Below, one piece after another: positions 52,643-61,276 of a stretch of 64,000 nt of DNA. Within the stretch, counting starts at the first letter, position 1. Each line of letters begins with the position of its first letter. Source of the stretch: Candidatus Zhuqueibacterota bacterium. Its GTDB lineage: Bacteria > Zhuqueibacterota > Zhuqueibacteria > Thermofontimicrobiales > Thermofontimicrobiaceae. A model generated the notes under the pieces. It searched no databases, was not told the DNA's origin, and saw only the letters and a program-made list of their open reading frames with translations. Where the stretch lies: contig JBMOPW010000021.1 of NCBI GenBank assembly GCA_049322915.1, forward strand, positions 1 through 64,000, given 5' to 3'. The translations under genes were made by a program, and so were the position numbers.

Positions 52643-54340
52643 TCACTTCTGTTCGAACACCACTTTTCCGCCGACGATGGTCATATCGACTCTGGCTTTC
52701 ATGATCTGATCTTCGGGCAGGGTCAATAAATCCTCGCGAAAAATGACCATGTCTGCCAGATGGCCCGGCTTGATTTTGCCTTTGCGGTCTTCCATGAATT
52801 GGGCGTAGGCCGAGCCGGCCGTGTACAACGCAATGGCTTCCTCCATGGTGAGTTTTTGCGCCGGGAACCAGCCATCGCCGGGTTCGCCGGCCCGGTCTTT
52901 GCGCGTGACGGCGGCGTACAGCCCTTCCAGCGGATCGAGCGGTTCAACCGGGTAATCTGTCCCAAAGGCGATTTTCGCGCCGGCATCGAGCAGGCTGCGC
53001 CAGGCATAGGCGTATTTGCTGCGTTCGTGCCCGATGCGTTTTTCGCAGAATCGTTTGTCCGTGATGCAGTGAGTCGGCTGCATGGACGCAACGACGCCCA
53101 ATTCCGCGAATCGGGGGATATCTTCGGCGGTCAAAATCTGCGCGTGCTCGCTGCGATGCCGGCTATCCCGCGCGCCGTTCACCTGCCGGGCTTTTTGAAA
53201 TGCATCGAGAATCCATCGGTTCGCTTTGGGGCCAATGGCGTGGATGCCAATCTGAAATCCCAGCGTATCGCAGGCGAGGACCTGCTTTTCCAATTCTTCA
53301 TAAGACATTTGCGGCAGCCCGGTATTGCCCGGCGCGTCATCGAAAGGCTCAAAGAGCATCATGGTGCCGGAACCGAGCGTACCGTCCATGAACCCTTTGA
53401 GGTAGCCGAAGCGAATCCAGTTGCCGGTCTGTGGGTATTTTTTTCGCAGCGAATCGTACTGGCTCAATCGTTCGGCGTCCGCTGTCAATCTGCCTGCCAC
53501 ATCCACGCGCATGGTCAATTTTCCGGCGTCAAATAACTGCTGATAGAATTCAGCATCGCCGCCGCCCGGGTGCTGAATGCTGGTCACGCCAAGCCGGGCT
53601 GCCATTTCCATGGCTGCCTGCCAGCCGTGCTCATTTCGTCGGGCAATTTCCTCCGGCGTGCGTTGCACTTTCACGGCGCCATAGGTGAGCAGTTCTTCTG
53701 CGGCTTCTTTGAAAATACCGGTCGGCTCGCCGGTCACCGGGTCTTTCATGATTTCACCGCCTTCCGGATTGGGCGTGTCTCTGGTGATGCCGGATTTTTT
53801 TATGACGTAGCTGTTCACCAGCACCGAGTGCCCATCGGCGCGACTGAGCACCACCGGGTTGTTGGGCGAGACCGGATCGATCAACTCTTTGGTCGGCCAC
53901 TGCCGGGTGATGAACATTTCATGCTCCCAGCGGCCGCCGCGAATGAGTTCCCCCGGCAAGGAGCGTTGCACCCGCTCGCGAACCCGCTCTGTGATGACGG
54001 CCGGATCGGTGGTGTAGCGCAAATCGATGTAGTCCGGGTTGATTGCCGCCCAATGCGCATGGGCGTCGTTGAAACCGGGTATCACCAGTCGCCCGCCGGC
54101 GTCGATGACACGGGTTGAACCCGGCGCGATGTATGAGTCAATTTTCTTGTTGGAACCGACAGCGACAATGTCCTCACCAATCACGGCGACTGCTTCAGCC
54201 CTGGGATTGTCCGAATCGATGGTGAGTATCCGGGCATTTTTAATGACCAGATCCGCTGGACGGCTGGCGCGGTTCTCGCAACCCCATATCAGAAGCGGGA
54301 CAAGGGCGAGTATTAACAATGAAAAAAAATTTCTTCGCAT
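52643..54340 (-). CDS. Amidohydrolase 3 family (YtcJ-like) lipoprotein
   Basis: PGFNDAHAH, DGHSVLVNS, LKGFMDG, HAIG, RHRSEHAQ, ASMQPTH, FGTDYPV; lipobox LIWG-C. GGAGG RBS before ATG 54340. Confidence 0.9.
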   Translation of the reverse strand: MRRNFFSLLILALVPLLIWGCENRASRPADLVIKNARILTIDSDNPRAEAVAVIGEDIVAVGSNKKIDSYIAPGSTRVIDAGGRLVIPGFNDAHAHWAAINPDYIDLRYTTDPAVITERVRERVQRSLPGELIRGGRWEHEMFITRQWPTKELIDPVSPNNPVVLSRADGHSVLVNSYVIKKSGITRDTPNPEGGEIMKDPVTGEPTGIFKEAAEELLTYGAVKVQRTPEEIARRNEHGWQAAMEMAARLGVTSIQHPGGGDAEFYQQLFDAGKLTMRVDVAGRLTADAERLSQYDSLRKKYPQTGNWIRFGYLKGFMDGTLGSGTMMLFEPFDDAPGNTGLPQMSYEELEKQVLACDTLGFQIGIHAIGPKANRWILDAFQKARQVNGARDSRHRSEHAQILTAEDIPRFAELGVVASMQPTHCITDKRFCEKRIGHERSKYAYAWRSLLDAGAKIAFGTDYPVEPLDPLEGLYAAVTRKDRAGEPGDGWFPAQKLTMEEAIALYTAGSAYAQFMEDRKGKIKPGHLADMVIFREDLLTLPEDQIMKARVDMTIVGGKVVFEQK

Positions 54341-54459
54341 AAGACCTCCTTCATCAAAAATGACAGAAAACGGACCGGTGGCCGGCTGCACCCTGGACGC
54401 GTTCCAGAGTCAATTTTTCATTTCAACTCTGTTTTTCTGTGAGCCATGCCCGGACCCTG

Positions 54460-55260
54460 TCACGTGCGATTTTGTACACGCTGAAAAACCGCATCGTGCG
54501 GGAACTGCTCGTCGATGGGGGACTGCGCCAGATCAGCTAAAAATTCACCGATACGCCGGCACACCAGTTCCAGATAGCGCGCGCCTTTTTCAGCCGAAGC
54601 GCCGGACGGATCGCCCACCGCGCAGTAGTCATTCAATCTGGAAAAACGACGGCTGGTCTTCACCCAGTTTTTTTTCAACGCCTCGAACCGAAACGCCCTG
54701 GGCAGCGCAATCTGCGCTTTGTCCAGTTCGACCAGGTCCGGGAAGAGGGCCAGCGCAATGGATGTCTCAAATTCCCCGGCATGGTCGTCCGGCTTCTCAA
54801 AAATTTCTGAGTAGGTATCAAAACCGACCTTCCACCAATCGCACAGGAAAATATGCACATCCAGATCGCATTGCAACTGACGCATCAGAGGATCAAAATT
54901 ATTGCCGCCATGTCCGTTGATGAGCACAATTTTCCGAATGCCATAGTGCTTGAGGGAAACGATAATATCCTTCACCATCGCATCCAGCGTGGCCTGGGAG
55001 ACGTGAATCGCCAGGGGAAAATCCATCAAATTGCAGTCGACGCCAAAGGGGAGGGTTGGCAGGCAGATAACAGACTGGCATTTTTCCCACGCCAATTGGC
55101 ACGACTGTTTGGCGACGTAATCGGTATGCAAAAAATCCTGACCTTCCGGCAAATGCAGATTGTGCGGCTCAATGGCGCCGACCGGCAGGACAGCCACTTC
55201 CAGTTTGGCCGCCGTTAATCGATCCAGATTTGTCCGGCTGATATCCCATGGTTGAATCAA
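54460..55260 (-). CDS. Creatininase-family amidohydrolase
   Basis: LPVGAIEPHNLHLPEGQD, INGHGGN, HAGEFETS, GDPSGASAEKG. Confidence 0.9.
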   Translation of the reverse strand: MIQPWDISRTNLDRLTAAKLEVAVLPVGAIEPHNLHLPEGQDFLHTDYVAKQSCQLAWEKCQSVICLPTLPFGVDCNLMDFPLAIHVSQATLDAMVKDIIVSLKHYGIRKIVLINGHGGNNFDPLMRQLQCDLDVHIFLCDWWKVGFDTYSEIFEKPDDHAGEFETSIALALFPDLVELDKAQIALPRAFRFEALKKNWVKTSRRFSRLNDYCAVGDPSGASAEKGARYLELVCRRIGEFLADLAQSPIDEQFPHDAVFQRVQNRT

Positions 55261-55420
55261 TGTGTGACCTTCCCATTCTGATTAAGCTACTACCGGGCTG
55301 AATATATACCCAGGGCGGGGAATGGATTGTTCATCGTTCGGGGCGAATATCCCGAACGATCGGTTGGCAAGTTTAGCGTACTACAAATGAAAAAACAATT
55401 CCCTGGATTGAAATGTAAAC

Positions 55421-57742
55421 TTAGTTATTTGTCGCCCGGTGATACCGCGTCGCCGGCACCTGTTGTTTGGAGAGCCCCGGGCCTTCGTACGATAATCTGA
55501 GCATGGCATTGGCCCCGGCCTGAAGGTACAGCAATTTGAATGGATGAAGCCCGCTCGTCAGTTGAATCGATCCGCGTCGTTCCTGCAGGCTGTGAACACC
55601 GTCGTTCGACACCACTTCGGTTTCGTCGATGAATAATTTGGAGCCGTCGTCCGACATGAGATAGAAGAGGTACTGGCCATCGGCAGCAATTTCCAACTGA
55701 CCTTCAAAGACAATCATGAATTGCTCCGGCCGATGTTCAATTTCCGACAATCCGATGTCATAGACTTTCCCCTCGCGCACGGTGCGCAGCATGGAATAAT
55801 CCATGACGCGATCCCAGTTGCCTTCGTAGTAGCGGTAATGAATGCCATTGACAGCCGGATCCACGCGAATGAATCGGGAAGTATCCGGCCGGCTCACGCG
55901 ACCATTTCTCAAATAGGTCTGAGCGATGAGCGTGGTCGATTCGTTGATTTCTATCGGTTCGGAACAGACTGGAGATGACTCGGTTGGCGCGGAGCCGTCC
56001 ACTGTGTAACGAACGAGGCTTCCTGCAACGGGCGGCTTTAAATGGACATGAATCGGTTTCAGAACGATGGTCTGGCTGGTTGTTCCCACCGGTGTGGGCA
56101 CGCGGAAATGAATATCCATCGCCGCCAATCGGTCAAAATGAGCCGAGAGCCGCTGCTGAAAATCTTCGTAGTCCTTTTTATTTTTCTGTGTCCAGACCAC
56201 TTCGGCGAGCGCGGCCATCCGCGGATGGGCCATGTATTCGGCGTGCGCCGGCGTGGGAATGTACTCGGTCCAGATATTGCCCTGAGCGCCAAGGATGTGT
56301 TTCACTTTGTCCTTTTCCAGATCGTCCGGCACAGGCTCGAACTCATAGACCTTTACCAGCGGAAGAAAGCCGCCAATGGCGAGGGGCTCCCCGCGACTGG
56401 CCTGGTAATAGTCGAAGTAGCAGTAGGAGGTCGGCGTCATAACCACATCGTGTCCGCTGTTGGCCGCCTCGATGCCGCCCTGCATGCCGCGCCAGGACAT
56501 GACCGTCGCATTGGGCGCCAGTCCGCCCTCGAGTATTTCGTCCCAACCGATGAGCCGCTTGCCTTTATCGTTGAGAAATTTCTCAATTCGCTTGACGAAG
56601 TAACTCTGCAATTCGTTCTCGTCCTTCAATCCTTCGGATTTAATTCGGGCCTGACACGCGGGGCATTCTTTCCAGCGCATTTTATTCGCTTCGTCGCCGC
56701 CAATGTGAATGAATTCCGATGGAAAAAGCGCAATCACTTCAGACAATACGTCTTCCAGAAATCGGAATGTCTCCTCTTTGCCCGCGCAGTAAATATCGAC
56801 GATGGGCCAGTAGCCGCCGGGAAGCACGGTGTAGGGGCCGCCGGTGCATGAATACTGTGGATAGGCAGCAAGCGCCGCCACAGCATGTCCCGGCATTTCA
56901 ATCTCAGGAACGACGGTGACGAATCGGCTTTTGGCATATTCGACAATTTCGCGGATTTCGTCCTGGGTGTAGAATCCGCCGTAGGTCGCCGATTCTTCCG
57001 GTCGCTGCGGTTCGCGGTCGTTCCAGTGGCGGTCCTCACGGTCGACCCGCCAGGCGCCGACCTCGGTCAATTTGGGATATTTTTTAATTTCAATGCGCCA
57101 GCCCTGGTCTTCGGTGAGATGCCAGTGGAACGTGTTCATTTTGTGGTAGGCGATCTGGTCGATGTAGCGTTTGACAAACTCTTTGGGAAAGAAATGCCGG
57201 CAGACATCCAGATGCATGCCGCGCCAGACAAATCGGGGCGCATCGCTGATCGTGACGCAGGGTGCTGTCCACTGTTCCCGAACCACGGGCGCATCGCTTT
57301 CGATTTCCGGCGGGAATAGCTGTCGCAACGTCTGGACGCCGTAAAACAATCCGGCCGGCTGATTGGCCAGAATTTCAATCCGCTGCGTCCGCACGGTCAA
57401 TCGATAGCCTTCATTGCCGAGGTCCAATGGCGGCTGCGCCAGGGAAAGGAAAATGCCGGGCGCATTTTTTTCTGTCGGTTCAGCAATGGGGGAGAGCGTT
57501 GTGGCATACCCGGTGGCGGTGTTCAAAATTGAAGCCAGATATTCGCCAATCTGCCGGAGTTGCAGATCGTCATTTTTGAGATAGATCTTTGTATCCGGTT
57601 GAAGAATGAATTCGCCACGGGTCTGATCGACACTCAGCGGCCGGGGGATGATGGAAATGGTGTCGCTATTTTTTCCCCCAATGCAACGCGCGGTGAGAAG
57701 GATAACCAACGGAAGCAATGTGAGCAGCACAAATTGTTTCAT
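55421..57742 (-). CDS. GH20 beta-N-acetylhexosaminidase with chitobiase-C and PA14 domains
   Basis: DAPRFVWRGMHLDVCRHF, HWHLTEDQGWR, PEIEMPGH, HIGGDE, GNIWTEY; RYTVDGSAP; PA14 MSDDGS. Start reassigned to MKQFV (57742). Confidence 0.93.
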   Translation of the reverse strand: MKQFVLLTLLPLVILLTARCIGGKNSDTISIIPRPLSVDQTRGEFILQPDTKIYLKNDDLQLRQIGEYLASILNTATGYATTLSPIAEPTEKNAPGIFLSLAQPPLDLGNEGYRLTVRTQRIEILANQPAGLFYGVQTLRQLFPPEIESDAPVVREQWTAPCVTISDAPRFVWRGMHLDVCRHFFPKEFVKRYIDQIAYHKMNTFHWHLTEDQGWRIEIKKYPKLTEVGAWRVDREDRHWNDREPQRPEESATYGGFYTQDEIREIVEYAKSRFVTVVPEIEMPGHAVAALAAYPQYSCTGGPYTVLPGGYWPIVDIYCAGKEETFRFLEDVLSEVIALFPSEFIHIGGDEANKMRWKECPACQARIKSEGLKDENELQSYFVKRIEKFLNDKGKRLIGWDEILEGGLAPNATVMSWRGMQGGIEAANSGHDVVMTPTSYCYFDYYQASRGEPLAIGGFLPLVKVYEFEPVPDDLEKDKVKHILGAQGNIWTEYIPTPAHAEYMAHPRMAALAEVVWTQKNKKDYEDFQQRLSAHFDRLAAMDIHFRVPTPVGTTSQTIVLKPIHVHLKPPVAGSLVRYTVDGSAPTESSPVCSEPIEINESTTLIAQTYLRNGRVSRPDTSRFIRVDPAVNGIHYRYYEGNWDRVMDYSMLRTVREGKVYDIGLSEIEHRPEQFMIVFEGQLEIAADGQYLFYLMSDDGSKLFIDETEVVSNDGVHSLQERRGSIQLTSGLHPFKLLYLQAGANAMLRLSYEGPGLSKQQVPATRYHRATNN

Positions 57743-57871
57743 AGAACATCCTTTCATCTTTTGAAAAAGTCCATCGTGAAAAAGAGTACGCGAAATGACC
57801 CTCAGCGCTGACCGGCAACGAGACATTCGAAGTGACGAACCGACTCTCGTCGCATCGAATCGATTCCGGTA

Positions 57872-59056
57872 TTACTTGCGGCTGGTTGAAAACCGTTCGT
57901 CCAACTCAGCCAATGTGAAACGGACGGAAACAATGAACGGCTCCTCGCCTTCGACCCAATGGCCGTAGGTGGTGAGGACGAACATGTCGTCCGAAAGCAC
58001 CTCAACGCCGGGATAGGCGCAGTCCCATTCGTTTTTGTTGTCCATGAGTCGAACGCGATACTGGCCTTCCTGTCCGTTCACAATGTCCCGGTAACTGCCC
58101 ACCCAGGCGACCCAATCTCCCCGGGTTGGCGACTCGTGCGCCGTGTCCCGGAAAGAAATCACTAACCGGCCATCGGAAGCGTACTTGCCGGTATGCCTGT
58201 CCCCGGTGAGCGCTGCCGGAAGTTCGCGCGGCGCTGTCCATGTCTGACCTTCATCATCGGAAAAGATGACGAATGAGTTCCGCGTGCGGGTGTTTTCCCG
58301 CAGCAGAGCAGCCAATTGCCGCCCGTCCGGCGAGCGAAGGATCCCCGGCTCGCAGAGATGAACCGTGTCGGAGCGATGAACGACAACCGGGAATGACCAG
58401 GTCAATCCGCCGTCCCCTGAAATTGTCTGATACAGCGTCATGGTGCGCGAGTGTGTTCCGTGTTCGGTGAAGAAACGGCCATCGTCGTGGAACATGGCCA
58501 GGTAATTACCATCTCGCAAGGCCACGACGCTGCCCATGACGACGATGCCGCCCCAGTTGCCGATCGGCGAAAGCGGCGTCCAATCGAGGCCATCATTTTC
58601 CGATACAGCCATCCGCGCCGGGTACAGCCCTGAAAAAAGGATGAGCCGTTTCACTCCTTTACCATCAATGACGCGATGGATGGTGGGCGTTTCCAGCGAA
58701 GTCGCCCAGTTCTCAGGGACAGGCAGCCGCTCGCTCCACGTGAGACCGCCGTCCTCGCTGCGTTTCATCACAATCGCGCCGCGGCCGTGACCTTTGGGGT
58801 AGACGACGATGATAGTTTTGTCATCTTCCAGCAGCACCGTCGATGGGTGGCCGAGATACTGGCCTGTCTCACGATCCACAATAGTCTGCCGATGGTTTTC
58901 GCCGGCTATGTCAATGAGAGGGATGGAATAACCGCGCGGCAATGGCCTGTCCGCAACAAGTTGGGAAAGGCAGGGATGGAAACAGATCAGCATGATGATC
59001 GGAATGATGCCGGAGAGTGAGATTCGTTCAGGTACATCGCGGAACAACTTCTTCAT
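57872..59056 (-). CDS. BNR/Asp-box beta-propeller, sialidase (GH33)-like
   Basis: Four Asp-boxes (SEDGGLTW, SENDGLDW, SGDGGLTW, SDDEGQTW); LCEP, LLRE, CAYP; lacks the RIP motif. Start uncertain (59056 or 59086). Confidence 0.75.
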   Translation of the reverse strand: MKKLFRDVPERISLSGIIPIIMLICFHPCLSQLVADRPLPRGYSIPLIDIAGENHRQTIVDRETGQYLGHPSTVLLEDDKTIIVVYPKGHGRGAIVMKRSEDGGLTWSERLPVPENWATSLETPTIHRVIDGKGVKRLILFSGLYPARMAVSENDGLDWTPLSPIGNWGGIVVMGSVVALRDGNYLAMFHDDGRFFTEHGTHSRTMTLYQTISGDGGLTWSFPVVVHRSDTVHLCEPGILRSPDGRQLAALLRENTRTRNSFVIFSDDEGQTWTAPRELPAALTGDRHTGKYASDGRLVISFRDTAHESPTRGDWVAWVGSYRDIVNGQEGQYRVRLMDNKNEWDCAYPGVEVLSDDMFVLTTYGHWVEGEEPFIVSVRFTLAELDERFSTSRK

Positions 59057-59281
59057 ACAGAGACCTTGTATCGCTATAATTTTCAATTCTATTTTTTGTT
59101 GAAGACAGATTGCAGATTCGATGGAAATTGAAACGAGTAGGATATATCCAATAACTTCTTAATTATTGGTGAATTTGAAACTGGGGAAATATCCATAAAA
59201 TAATTTTAAATGTCAATAAAAAAATTGTGGCCGGGGGAAATTAAGCAGGAATTTTTTGAGGGCAGTCAGCGGAACCGTGAA

Positions 59282-59314
59282 TAAAAAAGGCACCCGGTTT
59301 CTCAGGTGCCTTTT
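59282..59314 (-). terminator. Intrinsic terminator (minus strand; possibly bidirectional)
   Basis: AAAAGGCACC-loop-GGTGCCTTTT; followed by TTTTTTATT on the minus strand. Confidence 0.8.
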
Positions 59315-59352
59315 GCTGAAGGAGGAAATTTATGAACAGAATGGGAAAGAAG
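59282..59352 (-). ncRNA. Candidate ~70 nt sRNA with anti-Shine-Dalgarno seed
   Basis: The minus strand reads ...CUGUUCAUAAAUUUCCUCCUUCAGC followed by the terminator. A sigma54-like TGGCAT-N5-TTGA lies upstream at 59378-59364. Confidence 0.4.
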
Positions 59353-59773
59353 GATTGGGTGGCTCAAATTCAATGCCAGTTCGGAAAAGGTACATTGCTC
59401 AGATTTTTCGTTTGATTTACACAGCAATACGCGAAGGTTGAAAAGAATGTTTCGAAGAAAATTGAGAAATTTTTGTAGGATTAGCTGACGCAGATTCATT
59501 GCAGCGTCGTTCGCACAGATGCAGGATAGGAAGTGCCGCGTGCATCGGCCGGCAGTCCGTGCAGATTCTGAGCATGGAGGAACCGTGCGGAGATGGCAGC
59601 CTCACCGGTTCGGAAAATGGGTGTTCGATGCGATTGAACGAAAAGAGGAATTTTGGATGAGTCGGGACTGACGATGCATCCAAAATTCCTCAGGGTGCGT
59701 CATTGCATGGTTCTCCGATGATGTGAAATTCTCCGAAACAGGTCGGCTGGCCTGAATCGGACAGAGCGCTGAT

Positions 59774-60283
59774 TTAGCCTTTGGGCTGTGCGTCTGTTTT
59801 GCCTTTATCGCCGGAAACAACGCCGGCTATTTTAGTGCCAAAGTAAAATGCAATCATCAATTGAAATGCTGTTAAAAGCGGATCAAGGATCTCTTTGATG
59901 CGGACATGTTCCTGTATATTCGTCAGGGCATACCCTTCCAGAAGCACGACGGTGAAAAGCAGTGTCACGGTAAGCACCGCCCTGAAAAGGCCGGGCGGAA
60001 GCCCGAGAGTTTCATGGAGGTAGGGACTATCTTCATGATCCAATGGCTGGTATTTGAGAATCATATAATATAGAAAGATGATGACAGTCAACAGCCAGAC
60101 GATGAGCAGCGAGAGCGCCATGGTGAGATAGGCGTTGCTCAGATTATTATTTTCCACTTTCGATGACAGGTAATGATGGGTGAAATACAGCGCGCAGGCT
60201 AAGAGTAAAATGATAAATATGGCAATGCTCCATTTGATCCGGAGTTGCGTTCGTTTTTTCATGTCAAAGGGTAGGGTTGTCAT
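59774..60283 (-). CDS. 4-TM membrane protein, possibly holin-like
   Basis: Four hydrophobic segments; TLGLPPGLFRAVL and LMIAFYFGTK motifs; AAGGAG RBS. Confidence 0.6.
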   Translation of the reverse strand: MTTLPFDMKKRTQLRIKWSIAIFIILLLACALYFTHHYLSSKVENNNLSNAYLTMALSLLIVWLLTVIIFLYYMILKYQPLDHEDSPYLHETLGLPPGLFRAVLTVTLLFTVVLLEGYALTNIQEHVRIKEILDPLLTAFQLMIAFYFGTKIAGVVSGDKGKTDAQPKG

Positions 60284-60307
60284 AGTGACTCCTTTTTTGA
60301 ATGATGA

Positions 60308-60736
60308 TTATAGTGCTAAAATGAAAATGATCACTGTTTCCAGAGCGATTGCTCCCCAAAAATATTTTTTCGTATGCTGGCACAGTACCTCTTGTTTGCG
60401 AGCCTGTTGCAGCTCGTCGGTTGTTTTATCGAGATTCTGTTTGGTGTGACTCAGGGTGGAGTCGTAGTTGGCCTCTTTGGCTTCATGGAGCTTGATGATC
60501 GAGTCCTGTTTGGCAATCTTGAACAGCAAAAGCTCAACGCGCTTCTCGCAGTTCTTGTATAATTCATTGACGGTGAGCGTGTTTTTGAACTGAGACTCGG
60601 AGATGATGTACACATTCACGTCCGGAACATAGTCGATTTTCGCGCCTTGCTCAAAGAATAAAGGGTATTGAGTCTGGGCGAATGTAGCGCCGAAACTCAA
60701 TACGATGAATAGAATGATGGAATAGGTTACTTTCAT
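60308..60736 (-). CDS. Exported coiled-coil protein with C-terminal membrane anchor
   Basis: Signal peptide MKVTYSIILFIVLSFGATFA; coiled-coil; terminal TM segment YFWGAIALETVIIFILAL. Start reassigned to 60736. Confidence 0.65.
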   Translation of the reverse strand: MKVTYSIILFIVLSFGATFAQTQYPLFFEQGAKIDYVPDVNVYIISESQFKNTLTVNELYKNCEKRVELLLFKIAKQDSIIKLHEAKEANYDSTLSHTKQNLDKTTDELQQARKQEVLCQHTKKYFWGAIALETVIIFILAL

Positions 60737-60761
60737 TTTTCGCCTCGTCGTATTAGAAATA

Positions 60762-61145
60762 TCATTTTCCAAAAGCTTCTCTGAATAGTTCAACCTGCTT
60801 TTCACGCGGCATTTGTTCAATTGCTTCCCGAATAGTGGAGCGCTGTTTCTCCAACAACTCGTATTTTTTCTCTATGATCTGGATGCTCTTTTCCAACTGA
60901 TTGATCTGCCACTGAAGCGTTTCTCGCTGCGTTGCCATTTTCGCCTGGTAGGACGATTCCTCTTTCTTCCGTCGGGCAATTTCAGCGTCAATCCCTGCCA
61001 GCCGCTTATGTAGCCCATGTCCGAACGGGAAAAGCGCAGCAAAACCGATGAGCACTTTTTGCCAATCGACCACCTTCCAGATTAACAGGTACAGGCCGGC
61101 CAGAACAACCAGGACTGCCAAAATAAAAAAGATTGTCCTTCGCAT
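60762..61145 (-). CDS. N-terminally membrane-anchored coiled-coil protein
   Basis: MRRTIFFILAVLVVLAGLYLLIW plus a second hydrophobic stretch, then a long heptad region; GGAG RBS. Confidence 0.65.
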   Translation of the reverse strand: MRRTIFFILAVLVVLAGLYLLIWKVVDWQKVLIGFAALFPFGHGLHKRLAGIDAEIARRKKEESSYQAKMATQRETLQWQINQLEKSIQIIEKKYELLEKQRSTIREAIEQMPREKQVELFREAFGK

Positions 61146-61276
61146 AACATGTTCTCCCAATTAAATTATAATACAGATGGTTATTTCAATACTCCGCAGT
61201 CAATTAGCGATACAATGGAGTGCGACACTTACATTCTCCGCATTCGCGTCATTGAGAACGTTCGAATTCTATCGCC

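Noticed and set aside
55333..55360. Hairpin ATCGTTCGGG/CCCGAACGAT after GH20
   Set aside because: No U-tract on the coding strand, so not called a terminator; no other support.
59188..59216. Minus-strand TTGACA upstream of the sialidase-like gene
   Set aside because: The -10 at 17 bp spacing is GATATT, too weak to call with confidence.
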